A stretch of DNA of 32,000 bases from Bacillus subtilis subsp. subtilis str. 168. Lineage in GTDB: Bacteria > Bacillota > Bacilli > Bacillales > Bacillaceae. Of the stretch, positions 16,778 through 24,632 are shown in pieces (the first letter of the stretch is position 1; each line of letters begins with the position of its first letter). Both the position numbers and the translations under genes were made by a program. Location of the stretch: the NCBI RefSeq assembly GCF_000009045.1, contig NC_000964.3, positions 900,001 through 932,000 on the forward strand, written 5' to 3'. Below the pieces are notes generated by a model. The model was not told the origin of the DNA and searched no databases. It saw only the letters and a list, made by a program, of their open reading frames with translations.

Positions 16778-19348
16778 TTGCTGATTAAAAAGAATGCTTT
16801 ATCAATATTAAAAATCGTTTTTCCTATTGCTGTTTTGCTATTTGTTATTTATCAATCGAAAAAAGAACTGACAAATCTGTCATTCAAACGTACGCTCATG
16901 GTCATCAACGGACTGGAACGAACGGATTTATTCATGCTTGTGTTGATCGGCTTGCTGGCTGTTGCGGCTATGTCGCTGTATGATTACGTCCTGAAGTACT
17001 CACTGCGCCTATCGATCACAAACGGAAAAGTTTTCAGGGTTTCCTGGATCGCCAATTCATTTAATAATGTGTTGGGATTCGGCGGTTTAGCCGGAGTCGG
17101 GTTAAGAATGATGTTCTATAAGGAGCATACGAAAGACCATAAGGCACTCGTGAAAGGAATCGCCTGGCTCACATCATCTATGCTGCTCGGATTATCTGTT
17201 TTCAGCATTTTCGTTGCTGCGAGAGTGCTGCCAGTTGATGAAGTGATTCATGAGAAGCCTTGGCTGTGGGCGGTCGTTATCGGTTTTGCACTGATATTGC
17301 CGTTATCTTTAGCGGTGTCCAAAATAAAAGACCGCAAAGCTGGGGACGAAGAGAATGCGGATAAAGTGAAAAATCCGATTTTCGCATATATTGGAGCTTC
17401 AGTTGTTGAATGGCTCATGGCCGGGACCGTCATCTATTTTGCTTTGTTCGCTATGGGCATTCATGCAGATATCAGGTATGTGTTCGGGGTGTTCGTCATT
17501 GCGGCGATCGGAGGAATGATCAGCCTCGTGCCGGGCGGCTTCGGCTCGTTTGACCTTTTATTTTTGCTGGGGATGGAGCAGCTTGGCTATCATCAAGAGG
17601 CCATCGTTACTTCTATTGTGTTGTACAGGCTCGCCTACTCATTTATCCCATTTATCTTGGGACTGTTCTTTGCCGCCGGCGACCTGACGGAAAATACAAT
17701 GAAGCGGCTCGAAACGAACCCGCGCATCGCACCGGCAATTGAGACGACAAACGTTCTGCTTGTTGTTCAGCGTGCGGTATTAGTGAGAATTTTGCAAGGC
17801 TCGCTTTCCCTTATTGTGTTCGTAGCAGGTCTGATTGTCTTGGCCTCAGTTTCCTTGCCGATTGACAGGCTGACGGTTATACCGCACATTCCGCGCCCGG
17901 CGCTTTTGCTGTTCAACGGCCTGTCCTTAAGCTCAGCGCTCATTCTGCTCATTTTGCCGATCGAGCTTTATAAACGGACAAAACGTTCCTACACGATGGC
18001 CATTACAGCGCTTGTCGGCGGCTTTGTGTTCAGCTTTTTAAAAGGGCTTAACATCAGCGCGATATTCGTACTGCCGATGATTATCGTATTGCTTGTGCTA
18101 TTGAAAAAACAATTTGTCCGCGAACAGGCATCCTATACACTGGGACAATTGATATTCGCTGTGGCGCTGTTTACTGTGGCGCTCTTTAACTACAATCTGA
18201 TCGCGGGCTTTATTTGGGACCGGATGAAGAAGGTGCTGCGTCACGAATATTTCGTCCACAGCACCTCGCATATTACACATGCAACCATCATGGCGATCAT
18301 CATTGTGCCGCTGTTCTTCTTGATATTTACAGTGGTCTATCATAAGAGAACGAAACCGATCGGAGAGAAAGCTGACCCTGAGCGTCTTGCTGCGTTTCTC
18401 AATGAAAAAGGCGGCAACGCGCTGAGCCATCTTGGTTTTCTTGGAGATAAGCGGTTTTATTTTTCTAGCGATGGAAATGCACTGCTTCTGTTTGGGAAAA
18501 TCGCCAGAAGGCTGGTCGTGCTCGGCGATCCATCTGGCCAAAGAGAATCATTCCCGCTCGTGCTGGAAGAATTTCTGAACGAAGCGCATCAGAAGGGATT
18601 CAGTGTTTTGTTCTATCAAATTGAACGAGAGGACATGGCGCTGTATCACGATTTTGGCTACAACTTCTTTAAATTGGGTGAGGAAGCATATGTAGATTTA
18701 AATACATTTACCTTGACTGGGAAGAAAAAAGCCGGCCTTCGGGCAATCAATAACCGCTTTGAGCGGGAGGAGTATACTTTCCATGTGGATCATCCCCCAT
18801 TTTCTGATGCGTTTTTGGAGGAGCTGAAGCAAATCTCAGACGAATGGCTCGGCTCGAAAAAAGAGAAGGGATTCTCGCTCGGATTTTTTGATCCTTCCTA
18901 TTTACAGAAAGCGCCGATCGCCTATATGAAAAATGCAGAAGGAGAGATCGTTGCATTCGCAAATGTCATGCCGATGTACCAGGAAGGAGAGATATCGGTC
19001 GATCTGATGCGCTATCGCGGCGACGCTCCAAATGGCATTATGGACGCATTGTTTATCCGTATGTTTTTATGGGCAAAGGAAGAGGGCTGTACGTCATTTA
19101 ATATGGGGATGGCACCCTTGGCCAATGTCGGCACTGCCTTTACATCCTTCTGGTCCGAAAGGTTTGCCGCTGTCATTTTTAATAATGTCAGATACATGTA
19201 CAGTTTCAGCGGCCTAAGAGCCTTTAAAGAAAAATATAAACCGGAGTGGCGAGGGAAATACTTAGCGTATCGGAAAAACAGATCTCTTTCTGTCACCATG
19301 TTCCTCGTTACACGTCTGATTGGCAAAAGCAAAAAAGACTCCGTCTAA
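16778..19348 (+). CDS. mprF: Lysyl-phosphatidylglycerol synthase/flippase MprF
   Basis: Large N-terminal polytopic membrane domain plus a C-terminal cytoplasmic synthase domain (DUF2156-type). All candidate starts are non-ATG: TTG 16766 (track), TTG 16778 (856 aa, my recollection of the reference) and CTG 16781. The start is uncertain by up to 15 nt. Confidence 0.93.
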   Translation: MLIKKNALSILKIVFPIAVLLFVIYQSKKELTNLSFKRTLMVINGLERTDLFMLVLIGLLAVAAMSLYDYVLKYSLRLSITNGKVFRVSWIANSFNNVLGFGGLAGVGLRMMFYKEHTKDHKALVKGIAWLTSSMLLGLSVFSIFVAARVLPVDEVIHEKPWLWAVVIGFALILPLSLAVSKIKDRKAGDEENADKVKNPIFAYIGASVVEWLMAGTVIYFALFAMGIHADIRYVFGVFVIAAIGGMISLVPGGFGSFDLLFLLGMEQLGYHQEAIVTSIVLYRLAYSFIPFILGLFFAAGDLTENTMKRLETNPRIAPAIETTNVLLVVQRAVLVRILQGSLSLIVFVAGLIVLASVSLPIDRLTVIPHIPRPALLLFNGLSLSSALILLILPIELYKRTKRSYTMAITALVGGFVFSFLKGLNISAIFVLPMIIVLLVLLKKQFVREQASYTLGQLIFAVALFTVALFNYNLIAGFIWDRMKKVLRHEYFVHSTSHITHATIMAIIIVPLFFLIFTVVYHKRTKPIGEKADPERLAAFLNEKGGNALSHLGFLGDKRFYFSSDGNALLLFGKIARRLVVLGDPSGQRESFPLVLEEFLNEAHQKGFSVLFYQIEREDMALYHDFGYNFFKLGEEAYVDLNTFTLTGKKKAGLRAINNRFEREEYTFHVDHPPFSDAFLEELKQISDEWLGSKKEKGFSLGFFDPSYLQKAPIAYMKNAEGEIVAFANVMPMYQEGEISVDLMRYRGDAPNGIMDALFIRMFLWAKEEGCTSFNMGMAPLANVGTAFTSFWSERFAAVIFNNVRYMYSFSGLRAFKEKYKPEWRGKYLAYRKNRSLSVTMFLVTRLIGKSKKDSV

Positions 19349-19367
19349 TAAGACGGAGTCTTTTTTT
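19331..19367. terminator. Bidirectional terminator shared by mprF and yfiY
   Basis: Arms AAAAAAGACTCCGTC (19331-19345) / GACGGAGTCTTTTTTT (19352-19367). The mprF stop (19346-19348) lies in the loop. The yfiY stop (19366-19368) lies in the T-run. Confidence 0.92.
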
Positions 19368-20343
19368 ATTTCGTTTTTAAGAAGTAGGTTTCAATATCAT
19401 CAAGCAGGTAGTTTGCGGCTTTAATTCCGCCTGCGGTTGTCCATACGACGTCATCGACTTCATGTGCATTACCTGACTTCACGGCCTTCAGGTTTTTCCA
19501 TAGTGAACTGCTTGTCCACTGATTGGCCCATTTTTCATTTTCTTTTGCATTATCGGCTTTATAAGTGAAATAAAACAGCACATCAGCATCCATATCAGGA
19601 ATAGATTCTTTACTGTCGGTTGAGAACGTAAATTGGTCCTTTTGTTTCTTAAACAGTTCCACTTGTTTTTCAGGGCGTTTGAAGCCAAGCTGGTCTAAAA
19701 TAATCCCAGGAAATGAATCGGTATAATAGATTCTTGATTCACCGGATAAAAAGCGTACGACTGAAACGGTTTTGTTTGTCTGGTCGCCCAGCTTGTTTTT
19801 TAAATCAGAAACACGTTTATCAAAATCGGCAATGACTTCCTTGCCTTTGTCCGCCTTATTCACCGCGTTGGCGTATAGAGTCAGGTTATCCTTCCAGTTC
19901 CCGGCCAAAGATTCAGCAAAAACAGTCGGCGCAATCGCATTTAACTGATCATAAATTTTTTCCTGGCGCACTTTGTTTCCAATAATCAAATCAGGCTTTA
20001 ATTCTGCGATGGCTTCCACATTCGGTTCCGTTTCAAGACCGACGTTTTTAACACCTTTCATGTCATCTTTCAGATAGTCATACCACGGGTCGCCCTTCCA
20101 TGACTTTACGGCTCCGACCGGCTTAATGCCAAGCGCTAAGAGCGCCTCTGTTCCTTCATTAGTTAAAACAACAATCCGTTTTGGATTGGCGGGGATGTTG
20201 TCTGATGTCCCCATTGCATGTTTGACCGTTCTTGTTTTGCTGCTTGACACCTCGCTGTTGCTTGAACTTTCTGAACTATTACAGGCAGAAAGTACCATAA
20301 CGGCCATTAAAAATACGAATAGCATGCTGATATGCTTTTTCAT
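19366..20343 (-). CDS. yfiY: Siderophore-binding lipoprotein of an iron(III)-hydroxamate/citrate-type ABC importer
   Basis: 325 aa from ATG 20343, after GGGAGGA. Lipobox VLSAC. Cluster A-2 periplasmic binding protein fold by recollection. The track extension to 20376 would run over the Fur-like box. Confidence 0.92.
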   Translation of the reverse strand: MKKHISMLFVFLMAVMVLSACNSSESSSNSEVSSSKTRTVKHAMGTSDNIPANPKRIVVLTNEGTEALLALGIKPVGAVKSWKGDPWYDYLKDDMKGVKNVGLETEPNVEAIAELKPDLIIGNKVRQEKIYDQLNAIAPTVFAESLAGNWKDNLTLYANAVNKADKGKEVIADFDKRVSDLKNKLGDQTNKTVSVVRFLSGESRIYYTDSFPGIILDQLGFKRPEKQVELFKKQKDQFTFSTDSKESIPDMDADVLFYFTYKADNAKENEKWANQWTSSSLWKNLKAVKSGNAHEVDDVVWTTAGGIKAANYLLDDIETYFLKTK

Positions 20344-20360
20344 CTTTTTCCTCCCAATAT

Positions 20361-20375
20361 TGAAATTCATTATCA
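20361..20375. promoter_or_regulatory. Fur-box-like 7-1-7 element upstream of yfiY
   Basis: TGAAATTCATTATCA matches the B. subtilis 7-1-7 consensus TGATAATnATTATCA at 12 of 14 defined positions. The second half is perfect. Confidence 0.55.
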
Positions 20376-20417
20376 TTTAGATCATAATAAGCAGTGTTAA
20401 GAGTGTCAATCCCTAAT

Positions 20418-20432
20418 TGAGGATTATTCTCA
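20418..20432. promoter_or_regulatory. Fur-box-like inverted repeat upstream of yfiZ
   Basis: TGAGGATTATTCTCA is a 7-1-7 inverted repeat matching the Fur consensus at 11 of 14 positions. It lies 42 nt before the yfiZ ATG. Confidence 0.4.
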
Positions 20433-20473
20433 AAAACAAACATTACATAGTAAATAACTAGGAGAATTAGATC

Positions 20474-21475
20474 ATGATCTGCAAAAAGGCATCTTCAAAA
20501 TGGATTGTGTTAGTATGTCTGATTTTCATTTTACTGACGGCTGTCTGCGCAAGCGTCGTGTATGGCTATACAGGTACGTCATGGAGACAGGTCTATCAGG
20601 CGTTTACTTCCTTCAATGGAACAAATGAGCATGTCATCATCAAGGATGTCAGGCTTCCGCGCGCTTTGGTTGCGACAGTCGTCGGCGCCTCGCTTGCAGC
20701 CGCGGGCGCTCTCATGCAGGCGCTCACAAAAAATCCGCTTGCGTCACCGGGGATTTTCGGGATTAACGCCGGTGCAGGTTTTTTTATTGTTGCCGGATCG
20801 TTTTTTCTGCATATTCAGTCACCTCAGGCATTAGTATGGAGCTCGTTTCTGGGGGCAGCATTTACCGCTGCGATCGTCTATGCAGCAGGCTCGCTTGGGA
20901 GGGAAGGGCTGACGCCAATCAAACTGACGCTGGCGGGAGCTGCCATGGCAGCCATGTTTTCTTCTCTGACACAGGGCTTGCTGTCTGTCAACGAACTCGA
21001 GCTTGCCCAGGTGCTTTTTTGGCTGACTGGCTCTGTGCAGGGCCGGAGTCTGGATCTGTTGATGACGATGTTTCCATATGCAGCGGCAGCGCTGGTAATC
21101 TGCTTCTTTCTCGGCCAAAAAATTAATCTCCTCGTTATGGGAGAAGATGTGGCAAAAGGACTCGGCCAAAAAACAGGCCTGCTGAAATTTGTGATGGCGC
21201 TTTGTGTTGTCATGCTTGCAGGGTCCGCTGTCGCCATTGCCGGGCCGATTTCTTTTATCGGCATCATTATTCCGCATTTTGCCCGCTTTGTCGTTGGTAA
21301 TGATTATCGCTGGGTTCTGCCATTTTCCGCTGTTTTGGGTGCCATTTTGCTTGTTTGCGCGGATATCGGTGCGCGATATATCATTATGCCTCAGGAAGTT
21401 CCTGTCGGGGTCATGACCGCCATCATCGGAATGCCTGTGTTTGTGTACATCGCAAGAAGGGGGGCGAAGCTATGA
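20474..21475 (+). CDS. yfiZ: FecCD-family siderophore ABC permease
   Basis: 333 aa. ATG follows AGGAGA. Polytopic FecCD/BtuC-like sequence. Confidence 0.93.
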   Translation: MICKKASSKWIVLVCLIFILLTAVCASVVYGYTGTSWRQVYQAFTSFNGTNEHVIIKDVRLPRALVATVVGASLAAAGALMQALTKNPLASPGIFGINAGAGFFIVAGSFFLHIQSPQALVWSSFLGAAFTAAIVYAAGSLGREGLTPIKLTLAGAAMAAMFSSLTQGLLSVNELELAQVLFWLTGSVQGRSLDLLMTMFPYAAAALVICFFLGQKINLLVMGEDVAKGLGQKTGLLKFVMALCVVMLAGSAVAIAGPISFIGIIIPHFARFVVGNDYRWVLPFSAVLGAILLVCADIGARYIIMPQEVPVGVMTAIIGMPVFVYIARRGAKL

Positions 21476-22503
21476 AACTTCGTTTTGGCGTTACTGCGGC
21501 TGAAAAGAAAGCATGGATCGTCTTTTTGGTTTTACTGGGGTTAACAGCTGCTGTACTCATCATAAGCGCTGGTCTCGGACAAAGGTTTATTCCTCCCTGG
21601 GATGTAGCAAAAACATTCTTTGGTGCAGGTTCCAAGCTGGATGAACTGATGATCATGTCGTTCCGCATGCCAAGAATTTTGACGGCTTTATGCGCCGGTG
21701 TCTGCTTGGCAGCGGCAGGCGCGATATTGCAGGGGCTCGTCAGAAACCCTCTCGCATCTCCGGATATTATCGGAATAACAGGAGGAGCGGCGGTAGCGGT
21801 CGTGCTTTTAATGATGTTCTTCTCAGACCGCAGCAGTTCACTTACGATCAGTCTGTCATGGCTTCCAGCAGCCGCATTTATCGGCGCATCGGCTGTCGGG
21901 CTCATCGTCTATTTACTGGCATACAAAAATGGCGCCTCCACATTTCGGCTGGTGCTTATCGGAATCGGATTTTCAATGTCGGCGCAGGCGATGACTACCC
22001 TGTTGATGATCAAAGGCCCGATTTACCGAGCATCACAAGCCAATGTGTATATCACTGGGTCAGTTTATGGGTCAAACTGGCAGCATGTAAAAATAGCTAT
22101 TATCTTATCTGTCATTCTCTTATTCATTTGTTTTGTCGCGCTAAAAAATATGAATATACAGGTGCTGGGTGAAGATATTGCGGCGGGTGCAGGAAGCGCT
22201 GTGCAGCGAAATCGTTTTTTCTTGCTCCTTTTGAGTACGGCTCTTACTGGTTGTGCAGTTTCAGTTGCCGGCACAATCGGTTTTGTCGGGCTGATGGCGC
22301 CCCATATTGCAAGACGGCTTGTCGGCTCATCTTATGGCGCGCTGCTCCCAGCGTCGGCACTTATTGGAGCTCTGCTCGTTTTAACAGCTGATATCGTCGG
22401 CAGAACCTTATTTGCTCCGGTGGAAGTGCCGGCCGGCGTCTTTACAGCGGCTATCGGCGCACCTTATTTTATTTATTTGCTCTATAAAACAAGAAATTCT
22501 TAA
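21472..22503 (+). CDS. yfhA: FecCD-family siderophore ABC permease (second subunit)
   Basis: 343 aa from ATG 21472. ATGA overlap with the yfiZ stop, and AAGGGGGG upstream. The track extension from 21355 lies inside yfiZ. Confidence 0.93.
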   Translation: MKLRFGVTAAEKKAWIVFLVLLGLTAAVLIISAGLGQRFIPPWDVAKTFFGAGSKLDELMIMSFRMPRILTALCAGVCLAAAGAILQGLVRNPLASPDIIGITGGAAVAVVLLMMFFSDRSSSLTISLSWLPAAAFIGASAVGLIVYLLAYKNGASTFRLVLIGIGFSMSAQAMTTLLMIKGPIYRASQANVYITGSVYGSNWQHVKIAIILSVILLFICFVALKNMNIQVLGEDIAAGAGSAVQRNRFFLLLLSTALTGCAVSVAGTIGFVGLMAPHIARRLVGSSYGALLPASALIGALLVLTADIVGRTLFAPVEVPAGVFTAAIGAPYFIYLLYKTRNS

Positions 22504-22510
22504 TCGTTAC

Positions 22511-22544
22511 ACCCATTTTCTTAAAAAAGAAAATGGGTTTTTTT
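22511..22544 (+). terminator. Rho-independent terminator after yfhA
   Basis: Stem ACCCATTTTC (22511-22520) / GAAAATGGGT (22529-22538), then a T-run. Confidence 0.88.
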
Positions 22545-22553
22545 GATAATGAC

Positions 22554-22582
22554 TGAAGATTCGTAATTATTTTTGCTATACT
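22554..22582 (+). promoter_or_regulatory. Candidate extended -10 promoter for yfhB
   Basis: TGAAGA (22554-22559), 17-nt spacer, TGcTATACT (22574-22582). Confidence 0.35.
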
Positions 22583-22617
22583 GACAGAGACATTGATAAA
22601 GAAAGGGCGGCAGATGA

Positions 22618-23499
22618 ATGAAAGAAGCAGAGGTATTAAAATATGAAGCATTTACAAGCAGTCCCGGCAAAGGAAACCCCGCAGGCGTCGTTTTGCAGGG
22701 AGACGATTATACGGAAGACGAGATGCAGATCATAGCTGAACGTGCCGGGTATTCAGAAACCTCCTTTATCCGAAAAAGCGAGTCGGCCGATCTTGAACTC
22801 CGTTACTTTACCCCTGGACACGAAATGAATTTGTGCGGTCATGCGACAGTTGCTTCTCTTTACGCATTATGTGAGAAAGGAATGCTGGAGAGCGGTAAAA
22901 CGTACAGCATCCAAACGAAAGCGGGTATCCTGCCTGTGAAGATTTCTGAAAAAGATGGCCGCATTCATATCACGCTTGAACAGGCCTCTCCGCAATTCAA
23001 ACCATTTACAGGCGATCGGAAAAAACTTGCGGACGCACTGGGTATCACCGATGAAGATTTTCATGAAGACCTTCCGATTGTGTTTGGCAGCACTGGGATA
23101 TGGACAGCCATCGTTCCGCTTAAATCATTGGAGGCTTCCAAAAAAATGGTGCCAGATAACAAACAATTTCCGGAAGTGTTAGTTGATCTGCCAAAAGCTT
23201 CAGTCCATCCGTTTACCTTTGAAACCGTCCATCCCGACAGCGACCTGCACGGGCGCCACTTTTCATCCCCGTATTCGGGAACGATTGAAGACCCCGTGAC
23301 CGGCACAGCATCCGGCGTGATGGGGGCTTATATGAAACATTATGGCAATGCCGAGCAGCATAAATTTATCATTGAACAAGGGCAGGAAATTGGAAAAGAC
23401 GGAAAAGTGGAGATCGAAATGAACGAAGCCGGCGGCCATGTGAAAGTGAACATGACAGGAACAGCCGTTTACTCAGAAACCCGTATTCTTAAAATCTAA
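22618..23499 (+). CDS. yfhB: PhzF-family isomerase-like protein
   Basis: 293 aa. ATG follows AAAGGGCGG. The N-terminal FTSSPGKGNPAGVV is typical of the PhzF/diaminopimelate-epimerase-like fold. Confidence 0.9.
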   Translation: MKEAEVLKYEAFTSSPGKGNPAGVVLQGDDYTEDEMQIIAERAGYSETSFIRKSESADLELRYFTPGHEMNLCGHATVASLYALCEKGMLESGKTYSIQTKAGILPVKISEKDGRIHITLEQASPQFKPFTGDRKKLADALGITDEDFHEDLPIVFGSTGIWTAIVPLKSLEASKKMVPDNKQFPEVLVDLPKASVHPFTFETVHPDSDLHGRHFSSPYSGTIEDPVTGTASGVMGAYMKHYGNAEQHKFIIEQGQEIGKDGKVEIEMNEAGGHVKVNMTGTAVYSETRILKI

Positions 23500-23534
23500 T
23501 ACGGATGATGGTTTACAAAAAGATGCACTTTCCG

Positions 23535-23563
23535 TTATCATTATGAAATGATAATCATTTTCA
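23535..23563. promoter_or_regulatory. Near-consensus Fur box overlapping a palindrome upstream of yfhC
   Basis: TGATAATCATTTTCA (23549-23563) matches TGATAATnATTATCA at 13 of 14 positions. It overlaps the palindrome TTATCATT-ATGA-AATGATAA (23535-23554). It ends 23 nt before the yfhC ATG. Confidence 0.65.
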
Positions 23564-23586
23564 ATTGCATAGGAAGGTGAGACGGT

Positions 23587-24171
23587 ATGCCTCAAACCGA
23601 ACAAATACATCAGCATTCAGTACTGAGGGACATCATACGCAGCAGAAGATCGATTCGAAAGTTTAAACAAGAGCCAGTACCTTCAGCAGTCATTCTTGAC
23701 ATGCTTGAAACGGCAAAATATGCGCCAAATCACAGAGTGACAGAGCCATGGAGATTTATTTACGTTTCCAGTGAGACAGGTAAAGCGAACCTCATTAATA
23801 CATTTGCAGCGTTCTCTAAGAAATCCAAGCCGGATATGACAGAGGAAAAGCTTCAAAATTTCAAAAACACACTTGGGCGCGTTCCGGGATTTCTCCTCGT
23901 CGTGTTTCAGGAAGATGAAAACGAAAGAGCGCGGGACGACGATTTTGCGGCAACAAGCTCGTTGATTCAAAATCTTCAGCTTCTCGCTTGGGAAAAAGGA
24001 ATCGGCATGGTTTGGAAAAGCGGAAAAATCCTTTATGACAAAGAAGTCCATCAGGCCTTTGGTTTACAGGATAATGAGCGTTTCGCCGCCATCATACAAA
24101 CAGGTTATCCTGACGAGGCGCCGGAAGTGAAAAAACGCACACCGATCCGCGACCGATTCACTGAAATGTAA
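23587..24171 (+). CDS. yfhC: NAD(P)H-flavin nitroreductase-family oxidoreductase
   Basis: 194 aa. ATG follows GGAAGGTGAG. Nitroreductase N-terminal motif RRSIRKF. Confidence 0.92.
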   Translation: MPQTEQIHQHSVLRDIIRSRRSIRKFKQEPVPSAVILDMLETAKYAPNHRVTEPWRFIYVSSETGKANLINTFAAFSKKSKPDMTEEKLQNFKNTLGRVPGFLLVVFQEDENERARDDDFAATSSLIQNLQLLAWEKGIGMVWKSGKILYDKEVHQAFGLQDNERFAAIIQTGYPDEAPEVKKRTPIRDRFTEM

Positions 24172-24207
24172 AAAACCCCTTGTCTCAAACGGAGACAAGG
24201 GGTTTTT
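24171..24207. terminator. Bidirectional terminator between yfhC and yfhD
   Basis: Stem CCCCTTGTCTC (24176-24186) / GAGACAAGGGG (24192-24202), flanked by A5 and T5. Confidence 0.92.
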
Positions 24208-24209
24208 CA

Positions 24210-24401
24210 TTAACGAGATTTCTTTTTCGCTCTGTTGTCGGCTGCTTTCGCACGCTCTTGCGCTTCGCGGTCATCTGCATCAGCAAGCTCGGTTGAATAT
24301 TCTTCGTAAACGCCGTCAGTTTCCCTTTTTAAGGCATCGGGAACTTGTGGAAGCTTTTGTTTGTTTTTATCACGGTTTTTGTGGATATGATTTCTGCCCA
24401 T
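24210..24401 (-). CDS. yfhD: Small highly charged protein YfhD (63 aa)
   Basis: ATG is 6 nt after AGGGGGAA. Lys/Arg/Asp/Glu-rich with no hydrophobic core. Recognised as YfhD. Confidence 0.88.
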   Translation of the reverse strand: MGRNHIHKNRDKNKQKLPQVPDALKRETDGVYEEYSTELADADDREAQERAKAADNRAKKKSR

Positions 24402-24437
24402 ATCAAATTCCCCCTAAAAAGTGATATCAAACAAATA

Positions 24438-24467
24438 TAGTATTTGGTTTTAAGGGGCTATGTATTC
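24438..24467 (-). promoter_or_regulatory. Candidate forespore-type (sigma-F/G-like) promoter for yfhD
   Basis: Minus strand: GAATA (24467-24463), 18 nt, AATACTA (24444-24438). This resembles GHATR-N17/18-CATACTA. Confidence 0.3.
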
Positions 24468-24578
24468 CTACTTCCGCTTAGCAGCTTTTTCCGCTTTTTT
24501 AAATTCGCCTGAATAAAGAACTTCCTGCATTTTTTTCAGGTTGGCGCCTTGCTGGTGCTTCTCCCTCTTTTTTTCCAT
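24468..24578 (-). CDS. yfhE: 36-aa lysine-rich protein YfhE (below the ORF-track length cutoff)
   Basis: My own translation of the minus strand gives MEKKREKHQQGANLKKMQEVLYSGEFKKAEKAAKRK, ending in TAG. ATG 24578 lies 6 nt after GAAGGAGGT. Confidence 0.75.
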   Translation of the reverse strand: MEKKREKHQQGANLKKMQEVLYSGEFKKAEKAAKRK

Positions 24579-24632
24579 AAAAAGGACCTCCTTCAACCAT
24601 GTTATTCTTAAGGTTGACGCTTCCTGCTGTTT

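Noticed and set aside
16722-16784. 20-codon ORF beginning at the ATG that overlaps the mprF -10 box.
   Set aside because: The ATG overlaps the predicted TATAAT, so it would lie upstream of the transcription start.
23500-23534. I looked for a terminator between yfhB and the yfhC Fur box.
   Set aside because: No stem of 5 bp or more followed by a T-run is present. I left it unannotated and noted it under the yfhB finding.
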